Source of the DNA: a virus
Taxonomy: Duplodnaviria; Caudoviricetes
DNA: 25,039 nucleotides
IMG/VR virus record: IMGVR_UViG_3300037467_001706
Location: 1-25,039 of that record
Strand: one strand, 5' to 3'
Below the pieces are notes generated by a model. That model searched no databases and was not told the origin of the DNA. It saw nothing but the letters and a program-made list of their open reading frames with translations. Position numbers and translations under genes: made by a program. Positions 1 through 7,644 of this stretch are shown piece by piece. Each line of letters starts with the position of its first letter. Within the stretch, counting starts at the first letter, position 1.

Positions 1-63
1 TTAGATTTACGCCCACACGCAGATCGGGCAGAACACCATCAGCGCGCTCAATCGGGTGCTGTG

Positions 64-198
64 ATGGTCAGGCTGCTGGAGGTGTGGGCCGCCGGCCACC
101 TGATCCGCCTCGCCTGGCTCCTCGAGCACTGGGGCGAGCGGCTGGGGGATGTGGGCTACCGGATGAAGGCGAGGAACCGGGCGCTCTACAGGCCCTGA
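64..198 (+). CDS. Small hypothetical protein (44 aa, MVRLLEVWAAGHLIRLAWLL...)
   Basis: Translated by hand. ATG overlaps an upstream TGA (TGATG at 62-66) and third positions are GC-rich. Below the ORF-track cutoff. Confidence 0.4.
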   Translation: MVRLLEVWAAGHLIRLAWLLEHWGERLGDVGYRMKARNRALYRP

Positions 199-300
199 AC
201 CGTAAAAGGCGCATCAATGGCGCACGAAACGGTCACGGACCCGGCAACCATGGGGTATATTTGTAGAAGCGAAACGCTCGGTTGAATGTAAAGCAATCTT

Positions 301-335
301 AAGCGCCTGTCTCCATTGCGAGGCGGGCGCTTTTT
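301..335 (+). terminator. Intrinsic terminator-like hairpin immediately upstream of terS
   Basis: AAGCGCCTGTCTC-CATTGC-GAGGCGGGCGCTT stem (two G-U pairs) ending in a TTTTT run. Confidence 0.65.
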
Positions 336-361
336 GCTGGCCGGGAAAGGGACGTGCGAAT

Positions 362-910
362 GTGCCGAGGAAGAAGCCACCCGACTGGGGAGCGATCAAG
401 GCCGAGTTCCTAGCCGGCGCCACCGTGGATGCCCTCGTGGAGAAACACGGGGTGAACGATGCAACGCTGAAAAGCCGCATCCACCGCGGGAAGTGGCGCG
501 AGGAACGCGACCAGGTTGCAACCACGGTGCAACAGAAACTCCCCGAGAAAATCGCGGAGGTCATCCTGGAAGAAGCCGGCGAGCTGACCCGCCGGCACTT
601 CCACCTGTGGCAGGCGATGCTGCAGAAGGCGGAGGCGATGCTGGGAGGCACGCGCCGCATCGTGGACAAGGAGGGCGGGGTCTTCGAGGTTCCCGCCATC
701 GACTCGCCAAAGGACCTGAAGGAATGGGCCGGCGCGGTGAAAGCCGCCACCGAGGGCCAGCGCCTGGCGCGCGGGCTGACAGCACCGAAGGAAGGAGGGA
801 AGCCAGATGAGCCAAGCGGCAATGCAAGTGGCGAACCCCTCGACCTCGCAGCCCTCGAAGCCCTGGACCCCGCCGAAGCTGTCCGCCTCTATCGCGATTC
901 GTGCCGCTAG
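362..910 (+). CDS. terS: Terminase small subunit
   Basis: N-terminal HTH-like PDWGAIKAEFLAGATVDALVEKHGVNDATLKSRIHRGKW typical of TerS. Directly upstream of terL. AAAGGGA precedes the GTG. Confidence 0.85.
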   Translation: MPRKKPPDWGAIKAEFLAGATVDALVEKHGVNDATLKSRIHRGKWREERDQVATTVQQKLPEKIAEVILEEAGELTRRHFHLWQAMLQKAEAMLGGTRRIVDKEGGVFEVPAIDSPKDLKEWAGAVKAATEGQRLARGLTAPKEGGKPDEPSGNASGEPLDLAALEALDPAEAVRLYRDSCR

Positions 911-2411
911 GGCCATCCGCATCAAGCAGGACCGCACCGCCCAGCGCCTGACGATGAAGGCCTGCGCCGCGGACGTGGTGATGTGGGTCAATGACTGGGT
1001 CTGGACCTACGACCCCCGCAAGACACCCTCCTCGATGCCCTTCGACCTCTTCCCCCGACAGGAGGAGTTCTTGCGCTGGCTGGAGTACCTCGAGCGCGAG
1101 GGCGTCCACGGCGTGGCCGAGAAATCCCGCGACGTGGGCTTCACCTGGCTGTGCGCGGCTTTCGCGGTGCATCGCTGGCTGTTCTTCGGGGCCAAGATCG
1201 CCTTCGGCTCCCGCAAGGAAGGCCTGGTCGACCAGCTCGGCAACCCGGATACCATCTTCGCCAAGGTGCGCTTCATCATCGAGCACCTGCCCCTCTGGAT
1301 GCTGCCGGCGGGCTTCTCCAAGGCTCACGACAACTACCTGCGCCTGCTCAACCCCGTCAACGGCGGGGCCATCACGGGCGAGGGTGGCGACAACATGGGC
1401 CGTGGCGGCCGCTCGAGGATCTACTTCGTGGACGAAGCGGCCTTCATCGACCGCCCCCAGAAGGTCGACGCTGCGGTCTCGAACAACTCGGACGTGGTGG
1501 TCTCGGTATCGACAGCCAACGGCGAGGGCAACCCCTTCCACACGAAGGTGACCACCTGGCCGGCCGATCGAGTCTTCCGCTTTCACTGGAGGGACGACCC
1601 CCGCAAGGATGACGCCTGGTACCAGAAGATGAAGGACACACTGGACCCCGTCACGCTGGCCCAGGAGGTCGATATCGACTATGCGGCGGCGCGCGAGTCC
1701 GTCACCATCCCCCGGGCCTGGATCGCCCCGGCGAACGGGCGGGCGCTTTATCCGGAAGAGAAGGGCGCCATTATCCTGGGTTGCGACATCGCCGAGTTCG
1801 GCTCGGACAAGAGCGCCGTGGCGGTGCGTGAGGGGCGCAACGTCGTCCACCTCGAGGAGTGGCAGGGCCTGGAGCTCGAGGCCACCAAGAATCGCATCAT
1901 CGCCATCGCCAAGCAGCAGGCCGAACGGCTGGGCGCAGGGCACCGGCTTTACCTGTTCGTGGACGCCATCGGCGTGGGCGCGGGCGTGGCCTCCGGGCTG
2001 CGTGCCTACTTGAACGAGAACACGCACCTGCCCTGGCAGGCGGTCTCGGTCAACGTGCAGGAGGAGAGCCCGGAACCGAGGTGCAGGCGCCTCAAGGACG
2101 CGCTCTGGTGGCGAGCCCGCGGCTGGTTCGAGAAGCAGGCCCCGGCGATCAACCCGGAGGTGCGGCGTGAGTGGCGCGACAAGCTGGTCCAGGAGCTTTC
2201 CACGCCGGGTTACAAGCTCGATTCGGCCGGCCTCATTCAGATCGAGAGCAAGGACCAGATGGCGAAGCGTGGCGTGCGGTCGCCGAACCTGGCCGATGCG
2301 CTCGTGATGACCTTCCGCTGGGAGGCGATGAAGCCCGAGGCCGAGCCGCGTGGGCGCCAGGGCTGGCGCGATTCGTGGAGCGGTGCTGGCGATGATTGGT
2401 CGGTGACGTGA
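807..2411 (+). CDS. terL: Terminase large subunit
   Basis: Walker A-like EKSRDVGFTW, Walker B IYFVDEAAF, coupling motif VSTANG, RNase H-like nuclease motifs GCDIAEFGSD and SPNLADAL. RBS AAGGAGG at 792-798. Confidence 0.95.
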   Translation: MSQAAMQVANPSTSQPSKPWTPPKLSASIAIRAARAIRIKQDRTAQRLTMKACAADVVMWVNDWVWTYDPRKTPSSMPFDLFPRQEEFLRWLEYLEREGVHGVAEKSRDVGFTWLCAAFAVHRWLFFGAKIAFGSRKEGLVDQLGNPDTIFAKVRFIIEHLPLWMLPAGFSKAHDNYLRLLNPVNGGAITGEGGDNMGRGGRSRIYFVDEAAFIDRPQKVDAAVSNNSDVVVSVSTANGEGNPFHTKVTTWPADRVFRFHWRDDPRKDDAWYQKMKDTLDPVTLAQEVDIDYAAARESVTIPRAWIAPANGRALYPEEKGAIILGCDIAEFGSDKSAVAVREGRNVVHLEEWQGLELEATKNRIIAIAKQQAERLGAGHRLYLFVDAIGVGAGVASGLRAYLNENTHLPWQAVSVNVQEESPEPRCRRLKDALWWRARGWFEKQAPAINPEVRREWRDKLVQELSTPGYKLDSAGLIQIESKDQMAKRGVRSPNLADALVMTFRWEAMKPEAEPRGRQGWRDSWSGAGDDWSVT

Positions 2412-4348
2412 TGGACGGGATGATGGACGAACAGAACGAAGCCCCGGTCGAGCATGGCGCCGTCAAGGCCCAGGAGAGCGCGCCCGATCCTGCCCTCGCG
2501 CCCCGGCTCTGCGCGCAGTTCAGCGAAGCCAGACGCGCGCTCGCGCCGTGCTACGCCGAGGCCCGCGAGGACTGGGACTTCTACGACGGCCACCAGTGGA
2601 CCCGCGAGCAGATCGAGGAGCTCAAGAGCCAGGGCCGCCCGCCGATCGTGATCAACCAGATCTCCAAGGCGACCGACAACGTCTCGGGTCGCGAGCGCCA
2701 GGGCCGCTTCGACTGGAAGGTCAACCCGCGCGGCGCCAGTGACGTGCAGGCCGCCCACGCGATGACCGAGGCGCTCAAGTACGTGGCCGACCAGACCAAG
2801 GCCCGCTACGTGATCTCCGAGGCCTTCGAACACGCCCTGAAAGGCCCGATGGGCTGGCTGCGGGTCGGCTACGACGACTCCAAGCTGGTCGGCGACTGCA
2901 TCGAGCTCGAGGCGGTGCCCTACGAGGAGATGCTGTTCGACCCCTACTCGCGCAAGTGGGATTTCTCGGATGTGCGCTACGTGATCCGCCGGCGAAAGAT
3001 GAGCCCCGAGGACGCCAAGAGCCAGTACGCAGGGGGCGACCCTGCCAAGGAGGCCCTGATCGACCGGGCCGCTCGCCCCGACGCGCTCGACGCCGAGCAC
3101 CAGCAGGATCTGATCGGCGACTACGACAACCGCGACGACGGCACGACCGGCAAGGGTTTCGTCTCCGACGCGCCGCTCGGCGAGGGGGATGCGCGGCGCG
3201 TCGAGGTGCGCGAGCACTGGTTCTTCGAACACAAGACCGTCACGCTGATGGAGATGGAGGACGGCGAGCTGGTCGAGCCCGAGCACGACGCGCACGCCTA
3301 CGCGCTCGCGACGATGGGCGGCCAGATGGTCGAGAAGACCCGGAAGGTCTGGAAGGTGGCGATCATGGTCGGCGGGGCGATCCTCTCGCTCGAGGAGTCG
3401 ATCTACCCCTGGGAGGGCTCGCCCTTCGTGCCGGTCTGGTGCAAGCGCGACCGCCTGGGGATGCCCCACGGCCTGATCCGGATCATGAAGTGGCCGCAGC
3501 GCGAGCTGAACGTCAACCGCTCCCGCGCCAACGAGAGCCAGCGCAGCCGCTGGGCCATCGTGCGCGAGGGCGCGCTGAACCCCGGCAAGCTGCTGAAGCT
3601 GACCCGCGACCTCGCCCGCTCGTTCTTCGTGGCCGAGGTGCCGAGCCCCGCGGACATCCAGGTCGGCTCTGACAAGGCGGATCTGCCCGGCTACATGAAC
3701 CTGATGGAGACCTCCCGGCGCGAGATCGACGACGTGGTGGGCAACAACGAGGCAGCCTACGGCGACAAGTCGAACGAGCAATCGGGCAAGGCCATCGACC
3801 GCCGCGTGATGCAGCAATCGCTCAACCTCGCCAAGGTCTTCGACAACCTGGGCGCGGCCCGCGAGGTAATGGGCGAGTACCTGCTGGCGCTGATGCAGCG
3901 CTACTACAAGCCCGCCAAGCTCGCCCGCATCATCGAGGCCCAGGCGATCAAGGTCGGGGCTGCTCAGTCCCTCGACTGGCTGGGGGAGGCATTCGCCAAC
4001 CCGATCACCCAGCTGCGCTTCGACGTGGAGGTCTCGGACGTGGGCGAGTCGGACACCGAGCGCCAGGCCGAGATGCAGCAGCGCATCGAGCTGATGGCCT
4101 ACGTGCCCGACCAGTTGAAGCCCTTGTTCCTGCCCGACCTGATCCGGAGCTCGGACTGGGCTGGCGCCGACGAGATGGCCGCCAAGCTCGAGCAGGCCCT
4201 GCAACCGCCCCCGATGACCGTCCAGGGGGTGCCGCCTGGCCCGATGCCTCAACCGACTCTCGCCCCGCCTGGGATGGTTCCCGGCGGGGTTCCGTCTTCT
4301 GGGCCGCCGGAATCGCTACCGCTGGACCAGATGGGAGGGGCCTTCTAG
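2411..4348 (+). CDS. Portal protein (P22-like podoviral type)
   Basis: EDWDFYDGHQW...GRPPIVINQI, PFVPVW, QRELN, SGKAI and RFDVEV motifs, Pro-rich tail. ATG coupled to the terL stop (TGATG). The track start at 2396 is probably too early. Confidence 0.92.
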   Translation: MDGMMDEQNEAPVEHGAVKAQESAPDPALAPRLCAQFSEARRALAPCYAEAREDWDFYDGHQWTREQIEELKSQGRPPIVINQISKATDNVSGRERQGRFDWKVNPRGASDVQAAHAMTEALKYVADQTKARYVISEAFEHALKGPMGWLRVGYDDSKLVGDCIELEAVPYEEMLFDPYSRKWDFSDVRYVIRRRKMSPEDAKSQYAGGDPAKEALIDRAARPDALDAEHQQDLIGDYDNRDDGTTGKGFVSDAPLGEGDARRVEVREHWFFEHKTVTLMEMEDGELVEPEHDAHAYALATMGGQMVEKTRKVWKVAIMVGGAILSLEESIYPWEGSPFVPVWCKRDRLGMPHGLIRIMKWPQRELNVNRSRANESQRSRWAIVREGALNPGKLLKLTRDLARSFFVAEVPSPADIQVGSDKADLPGYMNLMETSRREIDDVVGNNEAAYGDKSNEQSGKAIDRRVMQQSLNLAKVFDNLGAAREVMGEYLLALMQRYYKPAKLARIIEAQAIKVGAAQSLDWLGEAFANPITQLRFDVEVSDVGESDTERQAEMQQRIELMAYVPDQLKPLFLPDLIRSSDWAGADEMAAKLEQALQPPPMTVQGVPPGPMPQPTLAPPGMVPGGVPSSGPPESLPLDQMGGAF

Positions 4349-4383
4349 GCCCGGTGAGCGGGGTTCGATTCCCCGCCTCCCGC
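4332..4383 (+). ncRNA. tRNA-like element lacking a D-arm, overlapping the portal stop codon
   Basis: Acceptor-like stem TGGGAGG (4332-4338) / CCTCCCG (4376-4382), canonical T-arm CGGGG-TTCGATT-CCCCG (4359-4375), small hairpin GGCC-TTCTA-GGCC. No encoded CCA. Confidence 0.45.
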
Positions 4384-4468
4384 TTCGACTGACGACCGCC
4401 CAAGTGGCCTACCACGAGGAGGTGATCGGTCTACCGCCGGGCTCATCCCCCGGCACCTCATCCCACCC

Positions 4469-4500
4469 GCCCCGCGCCATTCGGCCGGGGCTTTTCTCTT
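4469..4500 (+). terminator. Intrinsic terminator-like hairpin between portal and scaffold
   Basis: GCCCCG-C-GCC-ATTC-GGC-CGGGGC followed by TTTTCTCTT. Confidence 0.6.
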
Positions 4501-4590
4501 GCCCTTCACAGCCTGGCCGGTGGCACCCGGCGAGGGGCCAGAGCGCCCCCACCCACTCGCGCCGCGGAGGACAGCGGCAGGAGGACACCC

Positions 4591-5412
4591 ATGTCTGATC
4601 TCTACGCAGGGCTGGAAGCCGGTTCCCTTGAGGCGCTCGGCGCCGATTACCCGGAGGTCGACCTGACGCCCGCGGCGACGGTCGATGATTCCACGCCCAC
4701 CCACGAGGAAGCGGTCCCCACTCCCGAGGGCGAGGAGCCCTCGACCGGCGACTCGGTGGACGAGCAAGGCGACCCCCAGCAGCAGGCCAATGTGCCCGGC
4801 GGCAAGCCCGCCGAGGCGTTCAGGGCCTACCGACAGGAGATCGCCACGCTCAAGCAGCAGCTTGACCAGTTCAAGCAGCAGCAGGCGATGCAGCAGCAGC
4901 TCGCCGAGCAAGCCCGCATCCAGGAGGAGCTCGCCGAGCTGGCGACCTACGACCCGGAGCAGGCCTCGGCCCGGCTGCAGCAGTACCAGCAGATGGTCGC
5001 CACTCGCGCTCAGCAGCAGCTCGTCGAGACCCGCGTCAACCTCTCGGAGTCCTACGCCCGCCAGAAGTACGCGGACTACGACGCCGTGATCGACGCGGTC
5101 AAGGCCCTCGGTCCTGCGGTCAACTTGCAGGCGTTCCTGGCGGAGCCGGATCCCGCCGAGGCCGCCTACCAGTTCGGCCGCCGGCTGATGGGTCCCTCTC
5201 CCGAGCAGACCGCCGCGCAGCAACAGGCCATCGCCCATCGCCTCACGCCCCAGAAACCCACCGCCCCCAAGCACGTCGGCGCGATCCCGGCTGCGGCCCA
5301 CGCCCAGCCCGACCCGGATCTGGACGGCTACACCGGGATCTCGAGCCAGAAGCTGGCCGCGATGAGCCCGGAGCAGCTCGACAGCTGGTACAAGCGCGCC
5401 CTCGGCGGCTAG
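4591..5412 (+). CDS. Capsid scaffolding protein (putative)
   Basis: Lies between portal and MCP. Acidic disordered N-terminus, Gln-rich coiled coil, DPAEAAYQFG motif, C-terminal AMSPEQLDSW helix. RBS AGGAGG. Confidence 0.8.
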   Translation: MSDLYAGLEAGSLEALGADYPEVDLTPAATVDDSTPTHEEAVPTPEGEEPSTGDSVDEQGDPQQQANVPGGKPAEAFRAYRQEIATLKQQLDQFKQQQAMQQQLAEQARIQEELAELATYDPEQASARLQQYQQMVATRAQQQLVETRVNLSESYARQKYADYDAVIDAVKALGPAVNLQAFLAEPDPAEAAYQFGRRLMGPSPEQTAAQQQAIAHRLTPQKPTAPKHVGAIPAAAHAQPDPDLDGYTGISSQKLAAMSPEQLDSWYKRALGG

Positions 5413-5448
5413 GGGCATTCTCGCGCCTTGCGCGCAGGAGGCTAGACA

Positions 5449-6534
5449 ATGGCTACCACCCAGGTTCTCACCGGTTCGAATCTGAACCCCACCCGCGTCC
5501 AGGAGCGTCTGATCTCCACGATCGCGGAGCGCCAGAACCCCTTCGCCCCCCTGATCGGCACCTCGTCCGACTCCGTGATCCAGATGATCACCGACCTGCA
5601 GAAGCAGGCCGGTGACACCGTCAAGGTCAACCTGCGCGCCAAGCTCGCGGGCCTTGGCGTCGACGGCGACTCGACGCTCGAGGGCAACGAGGAGGCGATG
5701 TCCTTCTACCAGGACACGGTCAAGATCGACCAGAAGCGCCACGCCGTGCGCCTGGACGGCCAGATGACCGAGCAGCGCTCGGCGCTCAAGTTGCGTTCCG
5801 AGGCCGGCCCCGCGCTCGCCGTCTGGGGCCGCGAGATCAGCACCGAGTTCCTCGCCTACGCGCTCTCGGGCGCCCGCGGCGTGCGCACCGGCGATCTGAT
5901 CCTGCCGACGACCTACACCGGTCACGCCGGCAACACGCTGACCGCGCCCGACTCCGGCCACCAGCTGATCGCGGGCGCGGGCACCAAGGCGGGCCTGACG
6001 GCCTCCGATAAGATGTCGACGGCGGTCCTTGATCTGGCGGTGCGCAAGATCAAGCTGCTGATCAACAACGGCGCGGCGATGCGCCCGGTGATGATCAACG
6101 GCCAGAAGTACTTCCACTGCTTCCTGACCCCCGAGCAGGAGTATGATCTGCGCCAGGACTCGGCCTGGAAGACCGCCCAGCAGAACGCGGCCGAGCGCGG
6201 CGGGGACAACCCGCTGTTCACCGGCGCGCTCGGCATCTGGAACGGCCTGGTCCTGCGCACGCTGGACTGCGGCGTGCTGTTCAGCGACTACGGCGCGGGC
6301 GCCAACGTCGGCGCGGCTCGTGCCCTGATCCTCGGCGCGCAGGCCGGCGCCATCGCCTTCGGCGGCGTGGGCGGCACCACGGATGGCGGCGGGCGCTGGA
6401 AGTACACCGAGAAGCAGTTCGACTACGACAACCAGGTCGGCTTCGCGGTCAAGACCATCGTCGGCGCCAAGAAGCTGAACTTCAACGGCAAGGACTTCGG
6501 CGCCTTCACAGTTGATACCGCCTACACCGCCTAG
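5449..6534 (+). CDS. Major capsid protein, N4-gp56/DUF4043-like
   Basis: DLQKQAGDTV, GVDGDSTLEGNEEAM, IDQKRHAV, NPLFTGALG, RALILGAQA and KDFG motifs. RBS AGGAGG. Confidence 0.93.
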   Translation: MATTQVLTGSNLNPTRVQERLISTIAERQNPFAPLIGTSSDSVIQMITDLQKQAGDTVKVNLRAKLAGLGVDGDSTLEGNEEAMSFYQDTVKIDQKRHAVRLDGQMTEQRSALKLRSEAGPALAVWGREISTEFLAYALSGARGVRTGDLILPTTYTGHAGNTLTAPDSGHQLIAGAGTKAGLTASDKMSTAVLDLAVRKIKLLINNGAAMRPVMINGQKYFHCFLTPEQEYDLRQDSAWKTAQQNAAERGGDNPLFTGALGIWNGLVLRTLDCGVLFSDYGAGANVGAARALILGAQAGAIAFGGVGGTTDGGGRWKYTEKQFDYDNQVGFAVKTIVGAKKLNFNGKDFGAFTVDTAYTA

Positions 6535-6542
6535 CCCCCAAA

Positions 6543-6569
6543 GGCCCCCGATCCTCGCGGTCGGGGGCC
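6543..6569 (+). terminator. Stable hairpin after MCP (terminator or mRNA stabiliser)
   Basis: GGCCCCCGATC-CTCGC-GGTCGGGGGCC 11-bp stem. The U-tract is weak. Confidence 0.55.
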
Positions 6570-6592
6570 GCCTGCTTTGAGGAGCAAATCAG

Positions 6593-6979
6593 ATGCCTAC
6601 CTACCAGCCCCGCAAGGTTGCGGACTCGCCCGTCATCAACGCGATTCGCGTTCCCGTCGTCTTCGGCGCCAACGGCTCCACCACCACGGCCACCGCCCAG
6701 ATCCCCGCCAACTCGGTGGTGCTCTCGACCTACATCGCGATCACGACCGCCTTCAACGCCGCGACCACCAACACCCTCAAGGTCGGCGACGGCACCACGG
6801 CCAACCTGTTCGCCGACACCGGCGACTCGACCCCCGGCACGGTCGGCGGCTACGCCAAGGCCAGCGGCCGGATGGTCACGGCCGATTCGCCCGTGGTCGT
6901 CACCTACAACCAGTCCGGCACGGCCGCGACGGCCGGCGCCGCCGAGGTCGTGATCACCTACTACCCCCTGGCGTCCTAG
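6593..6979 (+). CDS. Capsid decoration/cement protein (putative)
   Basis: Small Thr/Ala-rich beta protein right after MCP: IPANSVV...TAFNAATTNTLKVGD...ATAGAAEVVITY. RBS GAGGAG. Confidence 0.75.
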   Translation: MPTYQPRKVADSPVINAIRVPVVFGANGSTTTATAQIPANSVVLSTYIAITTAFNAATTNTLKVGDGTTANLFADTGDSTPGTVGGYAKASGRMVTADSPVVVTYNQSGTAATAGAAEVVITYYPLAS

Positions 6980-6999
6980 AAAGCAAACACCCCATCCCT

Positions 7000-7024
7000 G
7001 GCCCCTGGCGTCTCGCTGGGGGCC
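7000..7024 (+). terminator. Hairpin after decoration gene
   Basis: GGCCCCTGGCG-TCT-CGCTGGGGGCC followed by T-rich TCTGATTCGTTT. Confidence 0.5.
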
Positions 7025-7049
7025 TCTGATTCGTTTCGGAGGTCCACCC

Positions 7050-7232
7050 GTGCCCCTCGTTCGCTACACCGGCCCCCAGGCCCTCCTGACGCTGCACGTC
7101 ACGCAACCGGCGCTCGAGCTTCCCCAGGGCGAGCCCGTCGAGGTGGGCGCGGGCCTCTTGCCCACCCTGCTCGCGGTGCCCCACATCAGCGAGGCCGAGC
7201 CCGCTCCCAAGAAGCCCAAGAAGGAGGCCTAG
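7050..7232 (+). CDS. Small hypothetical head-region protein (60 aa)
   Basis: GGAGG RBS before the GTG. Lys-rich tail. Fills the operon gap exactly. Confidence 0.7.
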   Translation: MPLVRYTGPQALLTLHVTQPALELPQGEPVEVGAGLLPTLLAVPHISEAEPAPKKPKKEA

Positions 7233-7235
7233 CCC

Positions 7236-7640
7236 GTGGCCCAGAACTTCAAGACCGTCAAGACCTACGCCGCCCAGGCTTCTGCCGACGCCCAGCCCAG
7301 CGCCGTCGCCAGCTTCACCGATCTCGAGGGCCTCGATACGATGGCCCCGCGCGGCCGCATCTCGCGCCTGGTTGAGCTGCGCCTGGACTCGGCCTCGGTC
7401 GGCGGCACGGCCAACCCCACGGCCGTGACCTTCGACATCTACCGCTGGAACCGCCTGGACTCGACCCGCGACTTCCTCGGCAGCTGGACCATCGCGGCTT
7501 CCGACATCACGGCGGGCAAGGTGATGCCCTACGTCGTCGGCGAGGCCTACACGCATTACATCACGGTCGCCCTGGCCTCCTTCACCGGCGGCACGTCCCC
7601 GACCTTCACGGGCGCCGTGCAAGCCCGCGCGGTGGAGTAA
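7236..7640 (+). CDS. Hypothetical virion structural protein
   Basis: AAGGAGG RBS, tight operon packing, beta-rich composition. Confidence 0.75.
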   Translation: MAQNFKTVKTYAAQASADAQPSAVASFTDLEGLDTMAPRGRISRLVELRLDSASVGGTANPTAVTFDIYRWNRLDSTRDFLGSWTIAASDITAGKVMPYVVGEAYTHYITVALASFTGGTSPTFTGAVQARAVE

Positions 7641-7644
7641 GCCC

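Noticed and set aside
2-64. Short frame IYAHTQIGQNTISALNRVL*, reminiscent of a tyrosine-recombinase C-terminus (IYAH)
   Set aside because: Only 19 codons, preceded by an in-frame TAG at the window edge. Too little to call.
4332-4383. Canonical tRNA-Arg(TCT), suppressor tRNA or tRNA-Sec gene
   Set aside because: Only about 52 nt, no D-arm, and the anticodon stem would compete with the acceptor stem. Kept only as a tRNA-like element.
4404-4598. 64-aa ORF between portal and scaffold
   Set aside because: No good RBS, Pro/Ser/Arg-rich, and it runs through a terminator-like hairpin.
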